Virus record (IMG/VR): IMGVR_UViG_3300015263_001819
Location: 1 to 59,566 of that record
Length of the DNA: 59,566 nucleotides
From: a virus
Lineage: Duplodnaviria > Caudoviricetes
Reading direction: 5' to 3' (one strand)
Part shown: in pieces, positions 1 to 9,277 of the stretch
How positions within the stretch are numbered: the first letter of the stretch is position 1
How the letters are laid out: each line of letters begins with the position of its first letter
Notes under the pieces: generated by a model
What the model saw: the letters and a program-made list of their open reading frames with translations, nothing else
What the model was told of the DNA's origin: nothing
The model's database searches: none
Translations under genes and position numbers: made by a program

Positions 1-260
1 TCGCCATGTCGCATCTCGGCGCTCGCCATCCGACATCCGCCGTCGAGGTCGGCCGCCCATCGCCATGTCGCATCTCGGCGCTCGCCATCCGACATCCGCC
101 GTCGAGGTCGGCCGCCCATCGCCATGTCGCATCTCGGCGCTCGCCATCCGACATCCGCCGTCGAGGTCGGCCGCCATCCGACGTGTCGCATCTCGGCGCT
201 CGCCATCCGACATCCGCCGTCGAGGTCGGCCGCCGTCCGACATCCGCCGTCGAAGTCGGC
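1..260. repeat. 59-bp tandem repeat array (about 4 copies plus a partial), truncated at window edge
   Basis: Unit tcgccatgtcgcatctcggcgctcgccatccgacatccgccgtcgaggtcggccgccca at 1-59 and 60-118, variants to ~237. Sub-motif ccgacatccgccgtcga(g/a)gtcggcc occurs 5 times. Confidence 0.95.
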
Positions 261-634
261 CAACATGGCGCCATGCCGACATCCGTCGGCATCCGTCGAC
301 ATCCTGTGGATCAGACCCACCTTTCCCCACCAGTCGGCCGTGGTACGCCATCGTACCTGCCTTCCTCACCAAGTGTCTAGTTATCCTCCGATGGCATACA
401 TCGGGGCCTGCATCTGACAAGGTAGGCAAGTATCCGACATGTCGCATGCCATCGCCTTAGAACTCACCGTGTGGTGAATTAGGGGGCGATCGGCGGTGAG
501 CGGCGAAGATGTGCGCAAGGTAGGCGGATCGGGGGCGGTCGGCGCTCGAGGCCTACGGGTGAAGCCCATGTGTGCGGAGGTCGGGGGGCTACCCACGGGG
601 GTTCCGGTGTAGGGCGGTGTGGGGTGGGGGTTGG

Positions 635-710
635 CCCAAGACCGGCTACGAAAATTTCGTGGCGAAATCCGCCCCCCAAGACCGGCTACGAAATTTTCGT
701 GGCGAAATCC
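635..710. repeat. 36-bp direct repeat x2 (40-bp period) with near-palindromic core; candidate protein-binding site
   Basis: cccaagaccggctacgaaa(a/t)tttcgtggcgaaatcc at 635-670 and 675-710. Confidence 0.9.
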
Positions 711-1324
711 CGATTCGCGGCTAGCTAGGCGGAATCGTTACCGAAAAACCGAACGGCGGGCGCGACGGTGTCTGGAATCCAGTGACGACGGACTACGGGA
801 AACGGTCGACGCTAACCGCTCGAGAAATTTCACAATTCGGTATTCTAGAATCGCGAACGGGCGCCGGGGGCGGGCCTTCGATCGGCCCTTACGGGCCTTG
901 CGCCGGGCGCGGCGTGTGTTATGTTCGATTTACCTTCTCCTCATAGGAGATGCCCATCGCGAGATGGGGGCGATTCGAGAGAACCGTCGTGGTGGTGGAG
1001 GCCTTCCGGCGACGGACGGCGGTCAAATAGACTGGGTAAGCCGAGATAAACGAAGCGATTCTCGCCCCTTCCACGCTCCGAGCCGTAAGGCGAGGAGAGC
1101 CCCCCTCGAACCCGATCCCCCGGGACGGTTCACTCCGAAGCATGCGCCGGCGATACAAAACCCGCGAACTTGCTGGCGAAGAGAGTCGCTTGGGAGTACT
1201 CGAGGGGTGGCTATCGTCCGGGGGGCGGGGCGGTAGCCCCGACCGGATCCGATGCCGACCGACTATCGTCGGCCGACTTCGAAACCGAATCGCCTACGAT
1301 CCTAAACGGTTAGACGCCTACGGA

Positions 1325-1640
1325 ACGAGATGCGAATCGCTTCCGAGCCCCACTTCGCTCGCTCTAGCCTAAAAGCGAACGATCCTAGCCGCCTAGATGC
1401 ATATCGCGTACGAACCTAAAAGCCGATTTGAGTATCGCGTTCGAGTCGAGATGTAAATCGCCGTCGAACCCCTAACCGATGTGCAAATCGGCTAAGGCTA
1501 ACGATACTAGTAGGTTAGCCGACTAGATGCGTATCGCGCCCAAACCGATGTGCTAATCCGCTCCGCTCGTTCTAGCCTAAGTGCGAATCGGCTAAGAGCG
1601 AACGATCCTAGTAGGTTAGCCGCCTAGATGCGTATCGGAT
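1325..1640. repeat. Degenerate iteron-like repeat region
   Basis: aacgat(a/c)ctagtaggttagccg(a/c)ctagatgcgtatcg at ~1500-1536 and ~1601-1637, shorter copy ~1377-1407. gatg(c/t)nnatcg recurs at ~1329, 1396, 1450, 1526, 1627. Confidence 0.8.
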
Positions 1641-1988
1641 CGACGCCCAAATGGCGGAGGGAGTTGTATCTAGCGCCCTTATACTGACCAACCGTTTAGT
1701 GTATCGGCGTTTAGCTCGTTCGATCTGCCCGACTCGCCCCGTTCGAAGCGCCCGTTTTACGACTCGGATCGGACTCGACTCGCGCGTCGATCGCTCCCGT
1801 TACTCGTCCTATTCGCCCTTCTGCGCTCTCCCTCGGGCGGGGAGGCCCGTAGGGCCTCCCCGCCCTCCACCTCGCCTCTCGCGCCCGGCTAGGGGCCTTT
1901 CTTGGCCCGTCTAATCGCAAAGCCGATCCCGTCGTTTGGGTTTCGGACTTGATAAACTACCGAATGGGATGTGGTAGGTTTAGGTGCG

Positions 1989-2600
1989 ATGCCTACTGCC
2001 ACTTCTCCCGTTTCCGCTCCCTCGATCTTCGATGCCGAGTTCGACGATCCGGACGACGACGAAGCGCCTCCCGATCCGAACGCCGAGCCGATCGCTCCCG
2101 TCGTTCGGTCCGAGCCCGACACGTCTCTCGAGCGCTTGCCTTTGCCTCGCGGCCGGCGATCGTCTCTCGACAAGCGCTCGATCGGCACGATCCGCGCCGC
2201 GCTTCGTTCGGGAATGCCGCTGTCGCAAACCGCGGGGTTGATCGGCATTTCTAGCTCGACGCTCCACTCGTGGTTGCGAAAGGGGTACGAGCCCGAGCCC
2301 GGCGACGATCCGTTGTACGCGGAATTGGCCCACGTCGTCGACTTCGAACGATCGCAACAAACGTTGCAAGGCGTGGAATTGATGAAGATCCACGCGTTGA
2401 AAGACCCTCGCGCCGCGAGATGGTTGCTGCAAGCGCAAGATCCGCACACGTGGGGCGATAAGCTTCAGCAAAAGGTCGAAGTGGAGCACACCCACAAGAA
2501 GGCCGCCGAGGACTTGTCGATGCTGACCGACGAAGAACTCGAGCTTCGCGCCCGGATCGAGGAGAAGATCACCGCCGGGCGGCTCGGAGAAGGCGGATGA
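1989..2600 (+). CDS. terS: Terminase small subunit (HTH)
   Basis: HTH-like segment (PLSQTAGLIGISSSTLHSWL), AARWLL motif and C-terminal DLSMLTDEEL; upstream of terL. ATG at 1989 preferred over GTG at 1971. Confidence 0.75.
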   Translation: MPTATSPVSAPSIFDAEFDDPDDDEAPPDPNAEPIAPVVRSEPDTSLERLPLPRGRRSSLDKRSIGTIRAALRSGMPLSQTAGLIGISSSTLHSWLRKGYEPEPGDDPLYAELAHVVDFERSQQTLQGVELMKIHALKDPRAARWLLQAQDPHTWGDKLQQKVEVEHTHKKAAEDLSMLTDEELELRARIEEKITAGRLGEGG

Positions 2601-3142
2601 TCGACGATCCGGAAAGCGAAGCGCCCGAAGCCGAGAGCGAAAGCGAAGCGCCCGCGGCCGAAGCGCCCGAGAAGCGCGGCCGGGCGCCGTTCACGCCGAT
2701 GCGTCGATGGCGGATCGGCGCGGCGCTCTTCGGCCAACCTAAATCGCCCGAGCATCGGCTCGCCATGTCCGAAGCCCACCGCAAAAGGAAGCGCTCCGAG
2801 GCCCACCGCAAGGCCATCTCCGAAGGCCGGCGTCGGCAAATCGCCGAGGGCAAAGCCGCGACCCACGAGCGCGCCCAAAAAGAGCACCTCGCCCGCAAGC
2901 GTCGGCAATACGAACTCGACCTTCTCCGAGCCTACGAGGCGGGTCGGATGGATTTGTATTGGGACGTGTGGGCGAGCCAAGGATGGCGCGAGGAGCGGTG
3001 GATCTTCGACTCGTCGGTCGTGTCCGACGGGACGGTCGCCCTCTACCGCCGCTCTCGCCGCCGGCGGAAGCTGCCCGACCACATCATCGAGACGTACTTC
3101 GCCCCAATCGTAAAGGAACTCCATGGCCTCCCCCGCGACTGA
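2597..3142 (+). CDS. NUMOD3-motif DNA-binding protein
   Basis: Tandem KSPEHRLAMSEAH / RSEAHRKAISEG motifs; ATGA overlap with terS. Confidence 0.55.
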   Translation: MIDDPESEAPEAESESEAPAAEAPEKRGRAPFTPMRRWRIGAALFGQPKSPEHRLAMSEAHRKRKRSEAHRKAISEGRRRQIAEGKAATHERAQKEHLARKRRQYELDLLRAYEAGRMDLYWDVWASQGWREERWIFDSSVVSDGTVALYRRSRRRRKLPDHIIETYFAPIVKELHGLPRD

Positions 3143-4604
3143 TCGAGAGCTAGTGCGCCGCGGCGGTTTTGCGAAGTTCGTCCAACTCGCATGGCACGTC
3201 ATCGATACGTCGACGCTCGTGTGGGAGCCCCACATGCAACTCCTCGCCGACCACTACGACGCCGTCTCGCGCGGGGAAATCACCCGCCTCGTCGTGAACG
3301 TTCCGCCGGGCACCGGCAAGACGCTGATCACTTGCGTACTATGGCCCGCATGGGACTGGATTACGAACCCCCGGCGCAAGTGGATGTTCATCGGCTACTC
3401 GGACGATAAGGTTCGCGAGTCGGCGGATTTGCACATCCGGCTCGTGCGCTCGGAGTGGTTTCAAGAGCGCTGGGGTGACGTCGTCGGCAACATCGAAGGC
3501 GGCGAGCGCGCCGCGTCGGGGCGGTTCTACAACACCCACGGCGGGATGCGCATGTCGACGACGATGAACTCGAGCGCGACCGGATTCCACGTCGACATCC
3601 AAGTATGCGATGACCCGAACAAGGCGCAGGACCTCGACCTCGGCGGCGACTCGGCGCGGGAGAAGATGTCGCAATCGGTCGCGCGATGGCGCGGCGCGTT
3701 CGCCACCCGCACCGGTAATCGCCTCGAGTTCCGCCGCGTGGTGATCATGCAGCGCCTTCACGAGGCGGACCTCGCGGGCGATTGCATCGCCGCCGGCTAC
3801 CAAGCGCTCATCTTGCCGATGGAGTTCGAGCCCGAGCGCGCGTATCGGTCGAAGTGGGGCTCGGATTGGCGCACCGAAGAAGGGGAGCTACTCGCACCGA
3901 AGCGCTTCCCGCGCGAGGTCATCGACATGCTCAAGACGGGCGCCGATGCGATGACGGCGCTCGATTGGGCAGCGCAAATGCAGCAACGGCCGAGCCCCGC
4001 CGCGGGCGTCGTGTTCTCGACGCAGCACTTCCAGCGGCGATGGGACGCGCGCCCGTCGAACCTAGGGCGGATCATCCTCTCGGTGGACGCGACGTTCAAG
4101 GAGACGAAGAACTCTGACTTTTGCGTCATCCAAGTGTGGGGCCAACGCACCTCGACCGAGTTCTATTTGCTCGATCAATGGCGAAAGCGCACGGGCTTAC
4201 ACGGTGCGATCGAGGCGACGCTCGCGCTCCGGGCGCAATGGGGCGCGACGACGGTCATCGTCGAGGATCGCGCGAACGGGAGCGCGGTCATCGAGACCCT
4301 ACGCGGGCAAATCCCCGGCGTCGTGCCGGTGCAACCCGAAGGCGGTAAAGAAGCGCGGGCGTGGTCGATCCAACCGATGCTCGAACACGGCTCGGTGGTG
4401 TTCCCGTCGGACCGCGTAGCGCCGTGGATGGAAGGCTTCGTCGCCAACGCCGTGGGCTTCCCGACGGCGCGCTACGACGACGAGGTCGACGCGATGAGCC
4501 AAGCCCTCCGCTACCTCGCCGGCCGCGGACGCCGGGCGAAATGGCGCGACGCGATCGGCGGGATGTCGAAACTAGCCGGCGCGCTCGGCCCCGGGCGTTT
4601 TTAG
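3123..4604 (+). CDS. terL: Terminase large subunit
   Basis: Walker A VPPGTGKT, VCDDP Walker B, IMQRLH coupling motif, nuclease motifs SVDATFK, SDF, VEDRANG, DDEVDAMSQAL. Confidence 0.97.
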   Translation: MASPATDRELVRRGGFAKFVQLAWHVIDTSTLVWEPHMQLLADHYDAVSRGEITRLVVNVPPGTGKTLITCVLWPAWDWITNPRRKWMFIGYSDDKVRESADLHIRLVRSEWFQERWGDVVGNIEGGERAASGRFYNTHGGMRMSTTMNSSATGFHVDIQVCDDPNKAQDLDLGGDSAREKMSQSVARWRGAFATRTGNRLEFRRVVIMQRLHEADLAGDCIAAGYQALILPMEFEPERAYRSKWGSDWRTEEGELLAPKRFPREVIDMLKTGADAMTALDWAAQMQQRPSPAAGVVFSTQHFQRRWDARPSNLGRIILSVDATFKETKNSDFCVIQVWGQRTSTEFYLLDQWRKRTGLHGAIEATLALRAQWGATTVIVEDRANGSAVIETLRGQIPGVVPVQPEGGKEARAWSIQPMLEHGSVVFPSDRVAPWMEGFVANAVGFPTARYDDEVDAMSQALRYLAGRGRRAKWRDAIGGMSKLAGALGPGRF

Positions 4605-4797
4605 CTGGACGCGCGCCCCGCGGGGGCATACGTTCTAGACGGGCCTCATGGGGAGGCTTTGTGGTAACATAAAAGCCCAAACCCGATCGGGGTCTAGGAT
4701 CGGGTAGCCTGCCGGCGGGCTAGTGGATCGGGCGCTCGTCAAGGCGTTCGAAGCCGGCTTTTTTCGCGCCCGTTTGAGGGCGCCGAAGGAGGAGCCG

Positions 4798-5103
4798 ATG
4801 TCTAGCGAGAGCGATCCGCTTACGACCAAGGAGCGTAGGGCCGTTGCTTGGGTGAAGCGGAACTCGCCACCACATTCCAGATACTACGTCATAGCGCGAG
4901 CCCTCGAGCGCGTGGCGCCGGAGCCGAAAGAGTGGGTGGACTGCACGTTCGGCGAGGCGATGGTCGCTCTTGAGGAAGGCAAACGCGTTCGCAGGAGAGC
5001 GAACGTCCCAGGCGCCCCGTGGTATGAGAGCCCTGTAGGCGAAGAGTGCACCGTAGCCGCGTTTCGATCGCTCCGGTGGCAACGTGAAAGGACGACGCCG
5101 TGA
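4798..5103 (+). CDS. Small accessory protein with FGEAMxALExG motif (paralog family)
   Basis: Strong SD aaggaggag before ATG 4798; EWVDCTFGEAMVALEEGKRVRR shared with 7366-7758. Confidence 0.7.
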   Translation: MSSESDPLTTKERRAVAWVKRNSPPHSRYYVIARALERVAPEPKEWVDCTFGEAMVALEEGKRVRRRANVPGAPWYESPVGEECTVAAFRSLRWQRERTTP

Positions 5104-5215
5104 AGGACGAAGACACAACCCACTCGACCCGACTGCGCACGAGATCTCGGCGGAGTGCGAGCGCGTGGGATACCAGACACGAGGATTGGGCGCCGAAAAG
5201 CAGAGGAGGTAAGCG

Positions 5216-5710
5216 GTGAAAGTTGTAAAGACGACGAAGGCGACGGACGTCGCCGATGCGCTACGAGCTGGGGCGATCGGCGCCTTCGACGGCGAACGTG
5301 ACGTCTTCTATCTAGGCAAAGGGCCACATCCGCAGGCGTACGCCATTGAGATGTTCGACGAGTCCGAGTGGTATGTCGTCTACGCTGACGACGTCCCCGC
5401 GCCCGAGATCGATCCGCTCTCGCCGGACGATCGGCTTATCGTCGAACGGCACCGAAAGTCGTCCGACCGAGCCGTTCGGCGGATGATCGAATTGCTCGAT
5501 GTCTTCGCGCCCAAGCCCGCCTTGGATTTCGAGGAGTGCACACCCGGCGAGGCTTGCGATGCGGCGCTGTCGGGGGTCATCGTCGAGTACGAAACCGTCC
5601 GCGACGATTGGCGACGTCTAACCGATTCGCCCGGCGACGTGCAGTGGGCGAAGTCCCGATGGAGGAAGGCCAAGGCTAGGCCCCCGGAGACGGGGGGCGG
5701 CGCGGCGTGA
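5216..5710 (+). CDS. Accessory protein, paralog of 4798-5103
   Basis: SD gaggaggt; DPLS...APKP...EECTPGEA aligns with DPLT...APEP..VDCTFGEA. Confidence 0.7.
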   Translation: MKVVKTTKATDVADALRAGAIGAFDGERDVFYLGKGPHPQAYAIEMFDESEWYVVYADDVPAPEIDPLSPDDRLIVERHRKSSDRAVRRMIELLDVFAPKPALDFEECTPGEACDAALSGVIVEYETVRDDWRRLTDSPGDVQWAKSRWRKAKARPPETGGGAA

Positions 5711-5719
5711 TGCTACCCT
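5711..5719 (+). promoter_or_regulatory. Extended -10 promoter motif, leaderless portal transcript (predicted)
   Basis: tgctaccct 5 nt before ATG 5725; no SD. Confidence 0.6.
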
Positions 5720-5724
5720 AAGGC

Positions 5725-7320
5725 ATGGCCGAAACCGTATCCGACGCCGCGCCGCCCGACGCCCCCGCCCCTCCCCGTCTCCGGGGGCTCGGCGATAGCC
5801 TCGGAGATCGTTTAGGGATTCCGGTTTTCGCCGTCGACGCGGTCGTCAACTCGATGACCGGAACGGGCACGACCCGCTCGAAGTCGACGTACAACCGCTA
5901 CGCCGCCGCCGCCCGCCTCTCCGAGGCGGACATCGAGATCCTCTTCCGGGACAACCCCCTCGCCCGCCGCATCGTCGCCAAGATGCCCGAGACCGCGCTC
6001 CGGGCGGGGTTCGGGATTCGCCGAGCGGGCGCCTCGCCGGCGGCCGACGCCGACGCCCGGATGAAGATCACCCGGCGATGGGCGGAGCTCGAGGGACCCA
6101 AGCGCCTCAAGCGCGGCGCGCAATGGGCGCGCGCCTTCGGCGGCGGTGGGCTCATCGTAGCTGCGACGGGCTCAGGCCCGCTCGACGCGCCTCTCGTGCC
6201 GTCGCGGGTGACGGCCGTCGAGCGCTTCATCGAGTGGGATCGCCAGCAACTCACCGAGTTTCAGTGGTATCCGGACGGCGAGCCGAGCCACTACCTCTTC
6301 ACCCCCCGACGCCGCGGCGTAAATCTAGCGCCGATGGTCGTCCACGCGTCTCGGGTGCTCGCGTTCCCCGCGGCCGACGCTACGGTCACCCAACGCGTCG
6401 AGAACGACGGGTGGGACGACTCGGTGCTCCAAGCCGTCTATGAGACGCTCCTCGACTACGACGGCTCGTGGGCGTCGATCACCGACATGTTCGCCGACGC
6501 AAGCCAAGCCGTCTTCAAGCTCTCAGGGCTCATCGAGTCGCTGACCGAGGGCAACGGCAACGACGGCGTGCGCGACGTGCTCACCCGCCTTCGGACGATG
6601 GACCTCACTCGTAGCTCGAGTCGCGCGCTCGTGCTCGACGCCGGCGACGAGAACGGCCGGGGCGGCGAGTCGTTCGAGGTCATCGACCGCTCGGGCTTCG
6701 GGACGCTCGCGCCTATGGTCATCCAAATGTTCGTCCGGTTGTGCGCGGCGGCGGACATGCCGATGACGGTGCTGCTCGGCACGTCCCCGTCGGGCCAAGA
6801 CGCTACCGGCGAGTCGGACATGGCGTTGTGGTTCAACTCCGTCGACGTCTACCGGCAAAGCCTGACGCCCTTCATCGCGGCGATGGTTCGGATGATCGCG
6901 TACGAAGTCGGCGACGAAGACCCGGAGAGCTGGGAAGTCGTGTGGCCGGAGCTTCAACGCCCCAAGCCGCTGGACGTGGCGACCGCGCGCAACATGACCG
7001 TCACGTCGATCATGCAGCTCATCGACAACAACGTCGTCACGCCCGAGGAAGTGGCGCTCTCGATGCCGTCGTGGGTCGAGGAGGGTCTTGCCGGGCTCGA
7101 CATCGACATGCCGGCGCGACTCGAGGCGCTCCCCGAAGCGCTCCGGGAGGTCGCCGAGCGCGACTATGCCGAGGAACCCCCCGAGCCCGCCGACGTGGGG
7201 CCCGGCCAACTCGATCCGGGCGAAGACCCCGAGCCCCCGGAAGACGGCCCGAAGCCTCCTCCAGAGCGGATGACGGAGAGAAAAACGCCGTCGAAGACCG
7301 CCGGGCGACAAATCGGCTAG
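5725..7320 (+). CDS. Portal protein (DUF1073-like)
   Basis: 531 aa after terL; LARRIV, WARAFGG, VHASRV, GWDDSVLQ, AAADMPMTVLLGTSPSGQDATGESD motifs typical of this portal family. Confidence 0.92.
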   Translation: MAETVSDAAPPDAPAPPRLRGLGDSLGDRLGIPVFAVDAVVNSMTGTGTTRSKSTYNRYAAAARLSEADIEILFRDNPLARRIVAKMPETALRAGFGIRRAGASPAADADARMKITRRWAELEGPKRLKRGAQWARAFGGGGLIVAATGSGPLDAPLVPSRVTAVERFIEWDRQQLTEFQWYPDGEPSHYLFTPRRRGVNLAPMVVHASRVLAFPAADATVTQRVENDGWDDSVLQAVYETLLDYDGSWASITDMFADASQAVFKLSGLIESLTEGNGNDGVRDVLTRLRTMDLTRSSSRALVLDAGDENGRGGESFEVIDRSGFGTLAPMVIQMFVRLCAAADMPMTVLLGTSPSGQDATGESDMALWFNSVDVYRQSLTPFIAAMVRMIAYEVGDEDPESWEVVWPELQRPKPLDVATARNMTVTSIMQLIDNNVVTPEEVALSMPSWVEEGLAGLDIDMPARLEALPEALREVAERDYAEEPPEPADVGPGQLDPGEDPEPPEDGPKPPPERMTERKTPSKTAGRQIG

Positions 7321-7365
7321 CGCGCGCGGGCGTTCTCGGGTAGCCTCCGAAGCGGAGGTTACGAT

Positions 7366-7758
7366 ATGGATGTCCCCGAGAAGAAGACGTACGACTTGAC
7401 GAAACCCACCGAGCGCTTCCGGGCGCTGCTGGACGGGCGCACGTTGGTGCTGAACGGACACGAGTGTCTCGTCGTTGGTGACGAGATCCGCTACCGCCAG
7501 GAAGGCGGAACGGGCGAGAGCCTAGCACGATTCTCGATAGCGTATCTCAACAACCGTTATAAAAAAGTGAGCCTCAAGCCTGAGAAGCGGTGGGTCGACT
7601 GCTCGTTTGGTGAGGCGATGTTCGCCCTCGAGAAAGGCGAACCTATCCGTTCACGCAACCCCATCGGTCCCGAGAATGCGTGGGCGCAAGGGGGCTGGAT
7701 CGAAGGCTCTTTGTCGCGGATGGCCGCCCGCGTGTGGCAGCGCGAGATCGAGGAGTGA
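7366..7758 (+). CDS. Accessory protein with FGEAMxALExG motif
   Basis: SD ggaggt; RWVDCSFGEAMFALEKGEPIR...WQRE. Confidence 0.7.
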   Translation: MDVPEKKTYDLTKPTERFRALLDGRTLVLNGHECLVVGDEIRYRQEGGTGESLARFSIAYLNNRYKKVSLKPEKRWVDCSFGEAMFALEKGEPIRSRNPIGPENAWAQGGWIEGSLSRMAARVWQREIEE

Positions 7759-7760
7759 CC

Positions 7761-8351
7761 ATGAACAAGCAAGAACGTTTCGACCGCCTCGATCGTTTCA
7801 TCGAGGAAGACCGCATCGTGCGGCATACGTGGGGCGACGGGCAAGAGCTTGCGTGCCTGCTTTTGGCCATCGCGCCGGAGGTGTCATACGAGGACGACAA
7901 CGGCCAGACGTACTCGTCGCCGATGCGTTGCCCGGCGGACGTACTCCCGAAGTGGATGGCGAAGTTGACGCCGTACATCGACGACTGTGGATCGGATACG
8001 GCGTGGCCGAAGACGATCCGACGCTACGCGCGCACGGTGCGCGCCGCCTCGATGACCTTCTCGGAAGAGCAGTGGGCGAAGGTGGAGCTGGCCGTACAGC
8101 TCGCTTTCCTGCACAAGTACGGGCACCGATTGGAAGGCCTGACATCCACCGTCGAGAATGCGTGCAGGGCGTGGGCGGCCGGCGAAGAAGCCTTCCCCGA
8201 CGCCGTCTATCCGTGCGGCTCCGATGTCACTGAACACGTATACGCGCCCGGCCTCTTACAGGTGCTAGACGGCCCACGCGAGTGGGACGACTTCACCGAC
8301 ATGCTTCTCTCGACGATCGAGCGGGAGTTGGGGGTACGCGCATGTGGATAA
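7761..8351 (+). CDS. Hypothetical protein
   Basis: SD gaggag before ATG 7761; coupled to neighbours. Confidence 0.65.
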   Translation: MNKQERFDRLDRFIEEDRIVRHTWGDGQELACLLLAIAPEVSYEDDNGQTYSSPMRCPADVLPKWMAKLTPYIDDCGSDTAWPKTIRRYARTVRAASMTFSEEQWAKVELAVQLAFLHKYGHRLEGLTSTVENACRAWAAGEEAFPDAVYPCGSDVTEHVYAPGLLQVLDGPREWDDFTDMLLSTIERELGVRACG

Positions 8352-8761
8352 TCGTCGCCGTCGTCGCGGCGGTCGTGTTCGTGAAGTGGGCGTTCCGCGC
8401 CCGGGAGAGAAGGATCATGGAGGAAATGGAAGCGGCCGGCGGCGGCGAGTTGCGGTATTTCATGAAGGCGAAGGTCGGTCGGATCCTTCGCGACAACGAC
8501 GGCGTCCGTCTTGTGGTGATCGCGGTGATGTGCCCCGGCGTCCCGATTCCGGAAAGCCCGAACGAACTTGCGGTGCTGAACCTCGGTCGCGCGATGCGCA
8601 CCCCGACGCCTTTTCGCTTGACCGACGGCGGGCTTCACACTACGCTGCTCTTCTCGGGCGTATCGACCGACGTCTTCATTCCGTGGTCGGCGGTCTATCG
8701 CGCCTTTCCGTTGAACCCGACCGGCGGCGGCCGTCCGCCGCGTATCGCCCTCGCCGTATAG
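8342..8761 (+). CDS. sspB: SspB-like ClpXP adaptor with N-terminal hydrophobic helix
   Basis: PGVPIP..LAVLNLG..TPFRLTDGGLHTTLLFSGVSTDVFIPWSAVY matches the SspB core pattern; N-terminal MWIIVAVVAAVVFV. Confidence 0.7.
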   Translation: MWIIVAVVAAVVFVKWAFRARERRIMEEMEAAGGGELRYFMKAKVGRILRDNDGVRLVVIAVMCPGVPIPESPNELAVLNLGRAMRTPTPFRLTDGGLHTTLLFSGVSTDVFIPWSAVYRAFPLNPTGGGRPPRIALAV

Positions 8762-8785
8762 CGGCCAAATCCGAAGGAGAACGAC

Positions 8786-9277
8786 ATGAAGATCCTAGCC
8801 AACGCCACCCCCGAAGAGATCTACCTTCTCAACAAAACGATGGACGCGCTTATTGAGGCGGCGGGCGACGCCGGCGGCGCGGAAGATTTGTCCGAGAAAT
8901 ATCACGAGGTCTTCAAGAAGATCGACCCGAAGGCCACCGCGTTCGTGGCGGCGGTGTGTGCGTCTATCTGCTCTCGTGTCAACGCGTTGTCGGACGACGC
9001 CTTGAGCGGCATGGGCGCCTCGAGTGAGTACAAGCTTCTGGACTTGCAGGGCTTGGACAGAGGCCCCTTCACGACGAGCATGTCGGAGATCCTACACGAG
9101 CGCCTCGGTGAGATGGGTCTGGACAAGTACGACTACCGCGCTTTGACGGCGAGATTGTTGACCACGATCTCGATTTTGGGCTTGATCGCGAAGGCAGCAG
9201 GCCGGGGCCTGGACACCGCGGCGCTGCTGCTCAAGACGGAATATCCGAAGATGTACGCCGCCGAAGGGGAAAAGTGA
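8786..9277 (+). CDS. Hypothetical protein
   Basis: SD aaggag; 163 aa. Confidence 0.7.
   Translation: MKILANATPEEIYLLNKTMDALIEAAGDAGGAEDLSEKYHEVFKKIDPKATAFVAAVCASICSRVNALSDDALSGMGASSEYKLLDLQGLDRGPFTTSMSEILHERLGEMGLDKYDYRALTARLLTTISILGLIAKAAGRGLDTAALLLKTEYPKMYAAEGEK

Noticed and set aside
1-260. CRISPR array
   Set aside because: Units are contiguous and near-identical with no unique spacers, and no cas genes are present.
6-1920. ORFs in the left region, including 6-380 and 619-1236
   Set aside because: They are translations of repeats or Arg/Pro-rich shadow frames with no RBS or protein motifs.
5725-7320. Anti-CBASS Acb1 call sometimes attached to this portal family
   Set aside because: No HxT phosphodiesterase domain is evident; position and motifs fit a plain portal.
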